DNA of 32,140 nucleotides from Planctomycetota bacterium. GTDB lineage: Bacteria; Planctomycetota; Planctomycetia; Gemmatales; Gemmataceae. Each line of letters begins with the position of its first letter. The stretch's first letter is position 1. The notes below the pieces were generated by a model that saw nothing but the letters and a program-made list of their open reading frames with translations, made no database searches and was not told where the DNA came from. The stretch lies in NCBI GenBank assembly GCA_016200155.1, contig JACQFG010000310.1, positions 1-32,140 of the forward strand. The letters are read 5' to 3'. This document shows positions 16,446 to 23,667 of the stretch, piece by piece. A program made the position numbers and the translations under genes.

Positions 16446-16802
16446 TCAGGGTTGGGACGAAGGGTTGGGACGGATAATGCGGATGAACCGGTTCGCCAAG
16501 TTCGGCGCGGCCGAAATGGCGTCGTGAATGCGCTGCGCCAGGCCCGCGTGGTTCTGGGGGTCCTGGGTACAGGAGATGATGCCTTCGTGCGGCTGACCTT
16601 GTCGATGAAGCCGGCTGAAATCGGGATGATTATGGGTAAGGACAGCACGTTGGCCAGCGATGGCATCCGCGAGAACTTCCGCATCAGCAATGCCCTGGCC
16701 AGCCCGACCCGCCTCCTGGACCGTCCGCACGTCGTGCCCGAGGCGGCGCAACTCCTCGACAACCGGCAGAGGGAAATCCTCATCCGCATAGAGCCTGGCC
16801 AT
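16446..16802 (-). CDS. DUF5615-family PIN-like protein (putative toxin of a DUF433/DUF5615 pair)
   Basis: MARLYADEDFPLPVVEELRRLGHDVRTVQEAG...DAEVLADAIAGQRAVLTHNHPDFSRL matches the DUF5615 N-terminal pattern. It starts 7 nt after the DUF433 stop. Confidence 0.7.
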   Translation of the reverse strand: MARLYADEDFPLPVVEELRRLGHDVRTVQEAGRAGQGIADAEVLADAIAGQRAVLTHNHPDFSRLHRQGQPHEGIISCTQDPQNHAGLAQRIHDAISAAPNLANRFIRIIRPNPSSQP

Positions 16803-16808
16803 GAATGG

Positions 16809-17066
16809 TTAATCCGCCTCGTTGTCGCGAATGTCCTCATCGATCTCGGCGGGATGCTCTCGGTAGTAATCCCAGACCGTGCGGAGGTCTTCGGGCGTCA
16901 GTCCCACGATGTTGCCCAGGATCTGCTCGTCCGCCGCACCCAGCCGGCGGGAATTCACCAGGCCCCAAACCGTGATTCGCGTGTTGCGAATGCAGGCCCT
17001 TCCACCGCATACGCCTGGCGTCTTCTGAACCCAGCTGCTGGTCGTCTTCAAATTGGTGGCCATCAT
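16809..17066 (-). CDS. DUF433 domain protein (putative antitoxin partner)
   Basis: GVCGGRACIRNTRITVWGLV...LTPEDLRTVWDYYREHPAEIDEDI is the DUF433 signature. ATG at 17066 is preceded by AAGGAGGTG with a 3-nt spacer. An alternative ATG at 17087 overlaps an upstream stop as TAATG. Confidence 0.75.
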   Translation of the reverse strand: MMATNLKTTSSWVQKTPGVCGGRACIRNTRITVWGLVNSRRLGAADEQILGNIVGLTPEDLRTVWDYYREHPAEIDEDIRDNEAD

Positions 17067-17086
17067 GCGCACCTCCTTCGCCGGCA

Positions 17087-17191
17087 TTATACCAAAGAGA
17101 TGGCCGCCTCGGCACTGAACGCAAACGGTTCCGCTCCCGTGGCCCGGTAGCCGTTGCCCGCAATCGGTTCGACGAGCACGGAAATCTGCAT
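17087..17191 (-). CDS. 34-codon ORF (MQISVLVEPIAGNGYRATGAEPFAFSAEAAISLV), possibly a truncated remnant of a small upstream partner gene
   Basis: It is not in the ORF track because it is under 60 aa. GGAGG lies 7 nt upstream of the ATG at 17191. Its TAA overlaps an in-operon ATG (TAATG). No family was assigned. Confidence 0.25.
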   Translation of the reverse strand: MQISVLVEPIAGNGYRATGAEPFAFSAEAAISLV

Positions 17192-17351
17192 GGTTGAACC
17201 TCCACCCATTTCGGCCCGCATTTATTCTACCGCATGAGCGGAGACAACGGGGCCTGGCAGTTTTCCACGCGCCGACACACCGCTGCAACCGGAAAAAGTG
17301 TTAGGAGGGTCCTGACGCCTTTTTCCCCTTCCGCAGCAAAAACGAGCTTTC

Positions 17352-17759
17352 TTAGCCCTGAAACTGCTGGCAACTCGAATGCTTTTCTCGCCCAAACAAC
17401 CGGCCAAAGAACCCGATTCCGGCCCCGCACATGATGCACACGTTTTTCGACCGCCGTTCATTGATTATATATTGCTTTCTTTCTTCCTCTGCACGCCGCC
17501 GCGGTTCTTCTTCCTGGCGTTTCTTTGCCTCCTCTTCCCGATATTTTGCGGTTTCAACTTGCATTCGGGATAGCTCATCTTGCCACTTTTTCTCCTCGGC
17601 TTTAATTACATCGACGGCCTTCTTGATGGCAGAGCATCCGTTGCACTCTTTCTGCGCGATGACGTTTTCAACGTTCGTTATGAGTTTATCGAATTCTGAT
17701 TTGAAATTTGGAAATCGCGGAGCGTGACCACGCAGAGGATCTCCAAAACGCCAATTCAT
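17352..17759 (-). CDS. Hypothetical 135-aa protein: Glu/Lys/Arg-rich coiled coil plus C-terminal CxxC-GFFGRL half zinc ribbon
   Basis: The ORF lies in an AT-richer segment (about 40-50% GC). Its codon usage is coherent with the neighbouring 419-aa gene. No family was recognised. Confidence 0.6.
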   Translation of the reverse strand: MNWRFGDPLRGHAPRFPNFKSEFDKLITNVENVIAQKECNGCSAIKKAVDVIKAEEKKWQDELSRMQVETAKYREEEAKKRQEEEPRRRAEEERKQYIINERRSKNVCIMCGAGIGFFGRLFGREKHSSCQQFQG

Positions 17760-17801
17760 GGCGAAGAGACGTGCGATTGAACCGGGAACATCGTAATAAA
17801 G

Positions 17802-17891
17802 TTAAAGTAGTTGTCCCAATGTTTCACTATCAATTGACTGGACCGATATTATTTGAAGGAGGATTTCCGAAGCTTTACGATAATCACGCAT
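17802..17891 (-). CDS. 29-codon micro-ORF (MRDYRKASEILLQIISVQSIDSETLGQLL)
   Basis: AAGGAGG (17898..17904) overlaps the TAA of the upstream 419-aa gene and lies 6 nt before the ATG at 17891. It fills the gap between two co-directional genes. It is too short for the ORF track. Confidence 0.35.
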   Translation of the reverse strand: MRDYRKASEILLQIISVQSIDSETLGQLL

Positions 17892-17902
17892 GGTCAACCT
17901 CC

Positions 17903-19162
17903 TTACAACATCCCGTAGAGCATTTCAATCTGACGTTTAGCTTGCAGTATGGCTGGTTTACCGCCACTCAGTTGCAGAGCTTTGTCAAGACAGTCCAATC
18001 CGGATTTCACCTTCGGTTTATTCATCCCGATCTGCCCGAGCTGTGAGAGGCACATCCCCTTGAAATACCATGCCAAGTGGTTCCCACCATCCAGTTCAAT
18101 TGCCTTGTCAAAGTACGTCAGAGACTTTTCCGCGTTTTGCTGAGGGGCGATGCCCGGTATTTGCTTGCGCCATACCGATTCATCCATCTGATACAGTGCT
18201 AATCCGCAGGTAAGCCAGCCGGACGCTTCGCCAGGCAGGGCCTTGACCGTGATAAGGGAGCATTTGAAACTCTCTTCATATCGCCCGGCATCGGCAAGGT
18301 CTCCAGCGGCCTTGGCAAGGTTGTCCCAACCGTATTTCTTGACTAGGGCCGTTTCTTCATCAGACAGATCGACTTGCTGTTTCTGTTTCGGGGTAACACC
18401 TGGTTGCGGGTCCGCAGTCTCGTATGACGGAAATGAGGCCCGCGCGGGAGGCGCCGCCCTCGGGTTAGTTTGGGGAGCTACCGGTTGGGCTGTTGTCTGG
18501 TTCTGGGTCGCAAGTTTTTCGGGAAGATCGGTGGACGACGTTGCCGGCGTTGCAATGCTCATGAGCATTTGGACGGCCTGGCGAATGGGATTCGGAAGAG
18601 CAAGGAGTTCTGCTTCTGACATCCCCGGTCCGAGATGTTCTCTTAACCCCATGAACTGAATCATGATCTCCGTGGCAGCCTTTCCTTGACGCAGAAGTTC
18701 AACGCCACCGACGGGTTCGGGAGGCCTATTGAGCAGAAAGAATCCAGACCATGCACTACGGAGCATCATTCCGGCATACCACTTGAACAGATCATAGGTT
18801 TCCGGTGTATCATCGACCAACTTCACCGTCAACCGCTCGGGAGTGGGAAACCACCATGTGAGGATGAACGAGATGTTGGTCCGAATGGCATCGATTAGCT
18901 CGATGGCAAGTTGGTTGCCCGCTTTCCGATAGTACTCGGTGGCAAACGTACAGACCGCTGAGAGGTCGGCAATCTTCTGGTCCCGGTAAGAGGAATCCAT
19001 GAGTCGATCGTTGTCAAGACCACCACGTTCGACTAAGACCTGCCAGCATGCCGGACAGTACCAATATTTGGATGCCGTTCCCCGAACCTTCACCCAGGAC
19101 CATAGCCGGGCAAAAAAGCCAGCTTTTGCGTGGCATTGAGTACAGGTCGCTGAGAGGAACAT
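17903..19162 (-). CDS. Hypothetical 419-aa protein: N-terminal zinc ribbon (CTQC...CPAC), unknown central domain, Pro/Gln/Thr-rich linker, C-terminal TPR repeats
   Basis: GGAG lies 8 nt upstream of the ATG. The TPR-like segments are AGRYEESFKCSLITVKALP, AEKSLTYFDKAIELDGGNHLAWYFKGMCLSQLGQ and GLDCLDKALQL. The gene lies in the AT-richer segment. Confidence 0.7.
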   Translation of the reverse strand: MFLSATCTQCHAKAGFFARLWSWVKVRGTASKYWYCPACWQVLVERGGLDNDRLMDSSYRDQKIADLSAVCTFATEYYRKAGNQLAIELIDAIRTNISFILTWWFPTPERLTVKLVDDTPETYDLFKWYAGMMLRSAWSGFFLLNRPPEPVGGVELLRQGKAATEIMIQFMGLREHLGPGMSEAELLALPNPIRQAVQMLMSIATPATSSTDLPEKLATQNQTTAQPVAPQTNPRAAPPARASFPSYETADPQPGVTPKQKQQVDLSDEETALVKKYGWDNLAKAAGDLADAGRYEESFKCSLITVKALPGEASGWLTCGLALYQMDESVWRKQIPGIAPQQNAEKSLTYFDKAIELDGGNHLAWYFKGMCLSQLGQIGMNKPKVKSGLDCLDKALQLSGGKPAILQAKRQIEMLYGML

Positions 19163-19238
19163 GAAATGTACTCCAAAACCGCCTCACACCTTCAGTTTTT
19201 GGCTCGATACAGTTGATTGGTTTTCATGAACTTTCCAA

Positions 19239-19267
19239 ATACTACGCGGTCGCCATCGGAGTGTCAA
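19239..19267 (-). promoter_or_regulatory. Sigma-70-like promoter candidate TTGACA-17-TAGTAT for the 419-aa gene
   Basis: The reverse strand has TTGACA (19267..19262), a 17-nt spacer and TAGTAT (19244..19239), about 75 nt upstream of the ATG at 19162. The motif match was made by eye only. Confidence 0.4.
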
Positions 19268-19303
19268 CAAGAAAGGAAACACACCCCGTGAACGAGGTAC
19301 GGT

Positions 19304-19855
19304 CTATCGGGGTGCTAGGCCTCGATGCCACCAACTGAAGAGATGAAGCCCCTCATGGCATTCTATACAAACCGCGCTCAGATCATCCAGCAGTTCATGC
19401 CCTACACGGTCGTATGTCTCGTGATGGGCCTGAACTGCGGGGCGCACCTCGCAATAGACGCAGACCCCGCCCGCCGCTTCAATTACTCTTCGACGCAGAG
19501 CCTGCCATTCAGGACTTGTGAGATACTGCCCATACCGCCGCCACCACTCAATCGACCGCCCCTGATTGAGTTGATTGGTCACGGCCGCGTTGATGGGACC
19601 GAAGACGGCGCGAAACCGTTGTTCCGCTTCATCGTTCCAAGGAGGAACACTTTCTGGCGGAACCCCATTAAGAACGCTGTAAGGCAACTCGCTACCCCAA
19701 CGTCGCCCGCAGTCCGGGCATTGCGCGCGAAGGCGAATCCGGCCACGCTTGTCTACTTTGTGGCGAACCTCCCGACGAGGACATTTGCACGGCAGCGCCG
19801 TGGCAACAATCTCCTTGTGGCGATGGAAGTCATATGACGGTCTTGCGATGTCCAT
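19304..19855 (-). CDS. HNH-type endonuclease-like protein (phage-associated YL(T/S)xxW...C..C...HH.tY.r.G.E...L..C..CH..H family) with N-terminal zinc ribbon
   Basis: YLTSPEWQALRRRVIEAAGGVCVYCEVRPAVQAHHETYDRVGHELLDDLSAVCIECHEGLH is the pattern seen in small phage HNH proteins. CKC...CPDC occurs at the N-terminus. Confidence 0.65.
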   Translation of the reverse strand: MDIARPSYDFHRHKEIVATALPCKCPRREVRHKVDKRGRIRLRAQCPDCGRRWGSELPYSVLNGVPPESVPPWNDEAEQRFRAVFGPINAAVTNQLNQGRSIEWWRRYGQYLTSPEWQALRRRVIEAAGGVCVYCEVRPAVQAHHETYDRVGHELLDDLSAVCIECHEGLHLFSWWHRGLAPR

Positions 19856-19969
19856 TGTGAAACACCCACAGACGGCCTAACGTGGATCAGGCCGCGCGTG
19901 TGCGCAGCCAGATCCGGTTGTCTGTTGATCTCTGAAGCCGCGCCTGTTGGCGTATCGGGTCTTACAAAG

Positions 19970-21271
19970 CTAGCGTTGCTTCTCCGCGGCAAAATAGGCC
20001 CGGTACTGCTGTTCGCGATCCATATGCACCAGCGGCGGCACCCGATCAACAGCATTGTCGCCGCCCACCAACTCGAACGAGATCCCCAACGGCGTGCGGC
20101 CGGGGCGCTTGAAGCGGCCGCCTTCGTAGTCGCCGCCCCAGTAGTCGCCGATCGCTATCATGTCGAAGCGCGTGAACGCTTTCTTCTGCGGATCGTAAGT
20201 CAGCACACCGCTGAGGCGAGAGTCATAGCCGCGCTGCGATTTTGCGGGGTCGGCGTCGGTTGTCAACAGGGCAGTCCCCTGCAAGCGCATCCGCAACGTC
20301 GGGGAAACCTGTTCGACGGTCAGCGTCAGCGTGCCGGTGCGTATCTGCTCGAGACTCCAGGAACCCGGCAAGCCGAAGGTGCCGTTGACCAGATGGTAGC
20401 GGAAGAGGCGTTTCTGGATGGCATCGGGGACGGGGAACGTGGCTCCCTTTTTTGGATCGGCCGGGATTAGCGATTTCCATTCCGCCTCGGTGAGCCAAAC
20501 GTTGAAGTGCGCCGGCTCCGTGTAGATGGGATTCCAGTCGGGATAAAGGACCTTGTCCTTGAGGTCCGCCTTGGTGATCGTGGCGAGTTCGCCGCGCTCG
20601 TTCTTTTTCAGGTTGCGGGCAAAGGACCTCAGGATCAATCCTCCTACCGGCGGCGTGCAGCGGTCGGCCTCGGGCGGCTTGACTTCCTTGCCTGCAGGCA
20701 AAGCCTTGCGTTCTTCATCCGTCAGCAACTTCCAGTTCTTGAGGCCCGTGTTCAGCGCCTCGCGGGCGCCGCCGCCGCCGTTGCCGCCGGCGAGTTTCTT
20801 GCCGCTCGGCGTCGTGAGCACAAAGCAATTTCCGCCGCTGGGATGGCGATTCGCCTTGATGAAATCACCGTCCTGCCCATCGGTCTTGGCCAGCCAGTAG
20901 AGCATGTGACCGTTGATCGCCACCGCCACGCAATTCTCTTTCACCAGCGGTGCAACTTGATTGACGCCGAACCGGCCGTCTTGCACCCCCTGGTTTCAGC
21001 ACGTCCCGAGCGGTTCGCCGGCCATGTACCAGAGCAACAGGGGCTTGCCTTCCTCGGCTGCCTTTTTCCGTGCCGCATAGATGTTGGAACTCGGCATCCA
21101 GGGCACCTGCATCCACTGCGAATCGTCAGGCCCCGGCGCGATGAGACGCTGGAGCTTCTCGAGCGAATCCGCCGCCGGCTTCTTCGTCGGTTGCGCCGCC
21201 GTTTGCTGGACGCCGACCATGAGGCCCACGACCAGCGCGAGCGACCTTTTGATCCGTTTGATTGCATTCAT
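19970..21271 (-). CDS. Candidate selenoprotein: secreted thioredoxin-like (Thioredoxin_7-like N-terminus) protein with in-frame UGA (Sec?) at codon 92 plus a large C-terminal domain of unknown function
   Basis: Track ORFs 20996..21280 and 19970..20986 share one frame and are separated only by TGA (20996..20998) and 3 codons. ATG at 21271 has AAGGAG 8 nt upstream. A signal peptide is present. The motif is ...EEGKPLLLWYMAGEPLGTC-U-NQG... The downstream ORF has no ATG or SD of its own. Confidence 0.6.
20944..20998 (-). other. UGA codon plus candidate bacterial SECIS stem-loop
   Basis: The RNA after UGA is AACCAGGGGGUGCAAGACGGCCGGUUCGGCGUCAAUCAAGUUGCACCGCUGG. Stems: CCAG/CUGG, GGUGCAA/UUGCACC and GACG(G)CC/GGCGUC. 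The apical loop GGUUC starts about 25 nt from the U of UGA. Confidence 0.5.
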
Positions 21272-21306
21272 TGTCATCACTCCTTGTTATTTGATCTCTG
21301 GCGTGG

Positions 21307-22281
21307 CTACTTCGCGGGCGGAGCGAGGAGCTTGATCATCCCTTTGCCGAGGGCATCCCCGACGAGGAAGTAGGTTTCCGCGTTGCCGAACTCGTGGTGG
21401 CCGTGCGTGGGGTTCGGTGAGTCCTTGGGCAGCCGCACGAAATCGTGGGTCTCGACGAAGATCACGTTCCCCTTGAATTCCGGTCGGCTGGCCGCGTTGG
21501 CCTGTGCTTTCCGCAGGGCTGCCCACGCGCCCGGCGCTTGCACCCAGGGGCCCGTCAACTCGCCGATCACGACCGGCAACTTCGGGGCGTTGAGATCCTT
21601 GCGCACGTCCTTGATCAGGTTCACCAGGTTTTCCTCGTATTGCGGCACCGCGTTCTTCGGATCGACGCCGTCGTTCCAGCCGTGATACCAAACGAAGCCG
21701 GCGAGTTCATGCCCCTGGCCTTTGTAGCCTGGGAAATCCGTCTTGAGATTATCGAGAGCCTGGCGAACTTCCGCGAGCATCTTCTTGTAGTAGGCTCCGA
21801 CTTCACCGCCCGAACGCGGCGGCCGGAAATCCTTGTAAAGACTCTTGCCGCCCCAGGCCGTCTTGATGAGCAGAACTTGACTGCGCACATGGTCACCAAC
21901 GACATGGCCAAATTGCAACTCAGGGCCGAAATGGTGTTTGCCGCCGTAGATACTGAAGCCGATCGACAACGGCCCGGCGAGCAACGGCTGTTTCTCGCGC
22001 TGATAACGAACCCATACGTCGTTGCGAACCGTCCAGTCGCCCTTATCGTTCTTGAGATGCTTGAAGAGCGGGGCCTTGGCCGGGTCGTTTATCAAGGCAT
22101 TCAGCGTTCCTTTGCCGTCGTTGTAGTTCTTGCCGTCGAGGTCAACGACCGCTTGCCCTTCCATGTTCGACTGCCCGGCCAGAATGAACACTTTGACAGG
22201 CTTCGGAGTGTCGCCTGCTTGGACAGCCGAGAATCTCAGAGCCAGTACACATAATGCTGTCGCGAATGTCGTGTTGTTCAT
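21307..22281 (-). CDS. Sialate O-acetylesterase-like (SASA/DUF303, PF03629-type) carbohydrate esterase
   Basis: A signal peptide is followed by VKVFILAGQSNMEGQ, the family signature, then WYHGWNDG-type and later blocks. 324 aa. Confidence 0.8.
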   Translation of the reverse strand: MNNTTFATALCVLALRFSAVQAGDTPKPVKVFILAGQSNMEGQAVVDLDGKNYNDGKGTLNALINDPAKAPLFKHLKNDKGDWTVRNDVWVRYQREKQPLLAGPLSIGFSIYGGKHHFGPELQFGHVVGDHVRSQVLLIKTAWGGKSLYKDFRPPRSGGEVGAYYKKMLAEVRQALDNLKTDFPGYKGQGHELAGFVWYHGWNDGVDPKNAVPQYEENLVNLIKDVRKDLNAPKLPVVIGELTGPWVQAPGAWAALRKAQANAASRPEFKGNVIFVETHDFVRLPKDSPNPTHGHHEFGNAETYFLVGDALGKGMIKLLAPPAK

Positions 22282-22588
22282 GATTCATGCTTCCTGGTTG
22301 CGTCTGCCACTTGAAATAGGTTTTCCATTCGGCCTTCATTTGCCGTTTTGCTCGACCTCTTTGATCCGCGTTTCCAGAGCCCGGTCGCTGGCCATCGCGC
22401 CGGGGTTGCCAGTCCAGCGTCGCCTGATTGTCAACGCAATTTTCTCGACAAGCAAGCCCGATCCGGAGACAATCAAGAAATAACCCGCCAAGGCGATCCT
22501 TCCACTTTCTCAAACCAGGACGAGGCGATCGTGCGAAAACTCACTGTAATCCTCACAGCAGAAGCGACTGCTAAATAGGAGCACGATT

Positions 22589-23479
22589 ATGCATGTCGTG
22601 AAAACGCTCATCCTCACGCTCGCGAGCATTGCCATTATTGCACCGATGAGCGTCGCGCAGCAGCAAGGCACTCCAGCGCCGCCGGTCAAGAAACCGATTT
22701 CGGAAAAAACGGCGCTGCCCGAAAGCTGGGACTACGCCCCATCCATGAAGAAGATCGCCGCCAAATTTCGTGGCAAGGAAGGCGTGGTCATTCATGTCGG
22801 CGGATCGATGACCATCGCGAATCCCTATGGAACCTGGGCACGCATTGGCAAAGGCAAGACGCCGGAGGACACCGCCGTCCTGAAATGGATGCACACCGAT
22901 ACGAAGGACAAACGCGACGGCTGGTGGCTGTGCCGAACCGAGGTCGTCGACTACCGGGCCTATACTGCCGAGAGCGGGCTCAAGTCGGCCATGCTGTTCG
23001 CCGGCGGCAAACGCGGCTTGCCTACGCTGGAAAAAATGCTCGACGAGTATCAGCCGCGCATGGTCACGATTGAGTGCGGCATCTACGACGTCGAGGACGG
23101 CGTCGCGCTTGACGACTATCGCAAGAACATGGCGAAGGCGCTCGACCTGATCCTCGACCGCGGCGCGATCCCCGTGCTCAACACCATCCCGCCGTTCAAA
23201 GCGCAACTCGAACGAACCAAGCAATTCAACGAAGCTCTGCGAAGCCTTGCGAAGGACCGAGGCATTCCGGTCCTTGATCTGGAACGTGAGGTCCTGAGCC
23301 GTCGCCCCGACGATTGGTTCGGCACTCTCGTGGACCGCATCCACCTCACCGCGAGCCAAGCGGGCGGAAGTCCCAGCGCCGAGCCAACGGCCGAGAACCT
23401 GCGCAAGAGCGGCTACCAGCTTCGCGGCTGGCTGACCGTGCAGAAGATCGCCGCGATCAAGCGGCGGGTGCTGGATTGA
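22589..23479 (+). CDS. SGNH/GDSL-family hydrolase (secreted)
   Basis: AGGAG lies 7 nt upstream of the ATG. Signal peptide MHVVKTLILTLASIAIIAPMSVA. Blocks seen: VVIHVGGSMT, VTIECGIYD and DRIHLT (block V D-x-x-H). Confidence 0.75.
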   Translation: MHVVKTLILTLASIAIIAPMSVAQQQGTPAPPVKKPISEKTALPESWDYAPSMKKIAAKFRGKEGVVIHVGGSMTIANPYGTWARIGKGKTPEDTAVLKWMHTDTKDKRDGWWLCRTEVVDYRAYTAESGLKSAMLFAGGKRGLPTLEKMLDEYQPRMVTIECGIYDVEDGVALDDYRKNMAKALDLILDRGAIPVLNTIPPFKAQLERTKQFNEALRSLAKDRGIPVLDLEREVLSRRPDDWFGTLVDRIHLTASQAGGSPSAEPTAENLRKSGYQLRGWLTVQKIAAIKRRVLD

Positions 23480-23667
23480 GAACAGGCGAAGTCACCGGAA
23501 GAACCCCTCGAACCGCCCATCTCAAGAACGACATTGCAGAAAATGACCGACGAGCAAATCAGTCCGCTGCGCGAACAAGTAAGGCGGCTTGAAGGCGCAC
23601 TGCACGCGGTTGGTGCGGGCAGTAAATGAGCCCATGCCGAAACGCACGATGCTCTGAGACGTGTGAC

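Noticed and set aside
20996-21280. Treating 20996..21280 and 19970..20986 as two independent genes or a simple nonsense pseudogene
   Set aside because: This is not fully excluded, but it is disfavoured. The pieces share one frame and the downstream piece has no own ATG or SD. The break falls exactly after a Cys at a thioredoxin-type active-site position, and a SECIS-like hairpin follows. It is kept as the refutation scenario in the finding.
22282-22588. ORF 22142..22513(-), and a possible TTG-initiated 50-aa membrane peptide (LAGYFLIVSGSGLLVEKIALT...), in the divergent esterase intergenic region
   Set aside because: The 123-aa ORF overlaps the esterase N-terminus and reads as junk. The small peptide has no ATG and no SD, and I recognise no family.
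23534-23617. 27-codon ORF MTDEQISPLREQVRRLEGALHAVGAGSK between convergent genes
   Set aside because: It has no SD and no recognisable family. It is likely a chance ORF or a gene fragment at the islet border.
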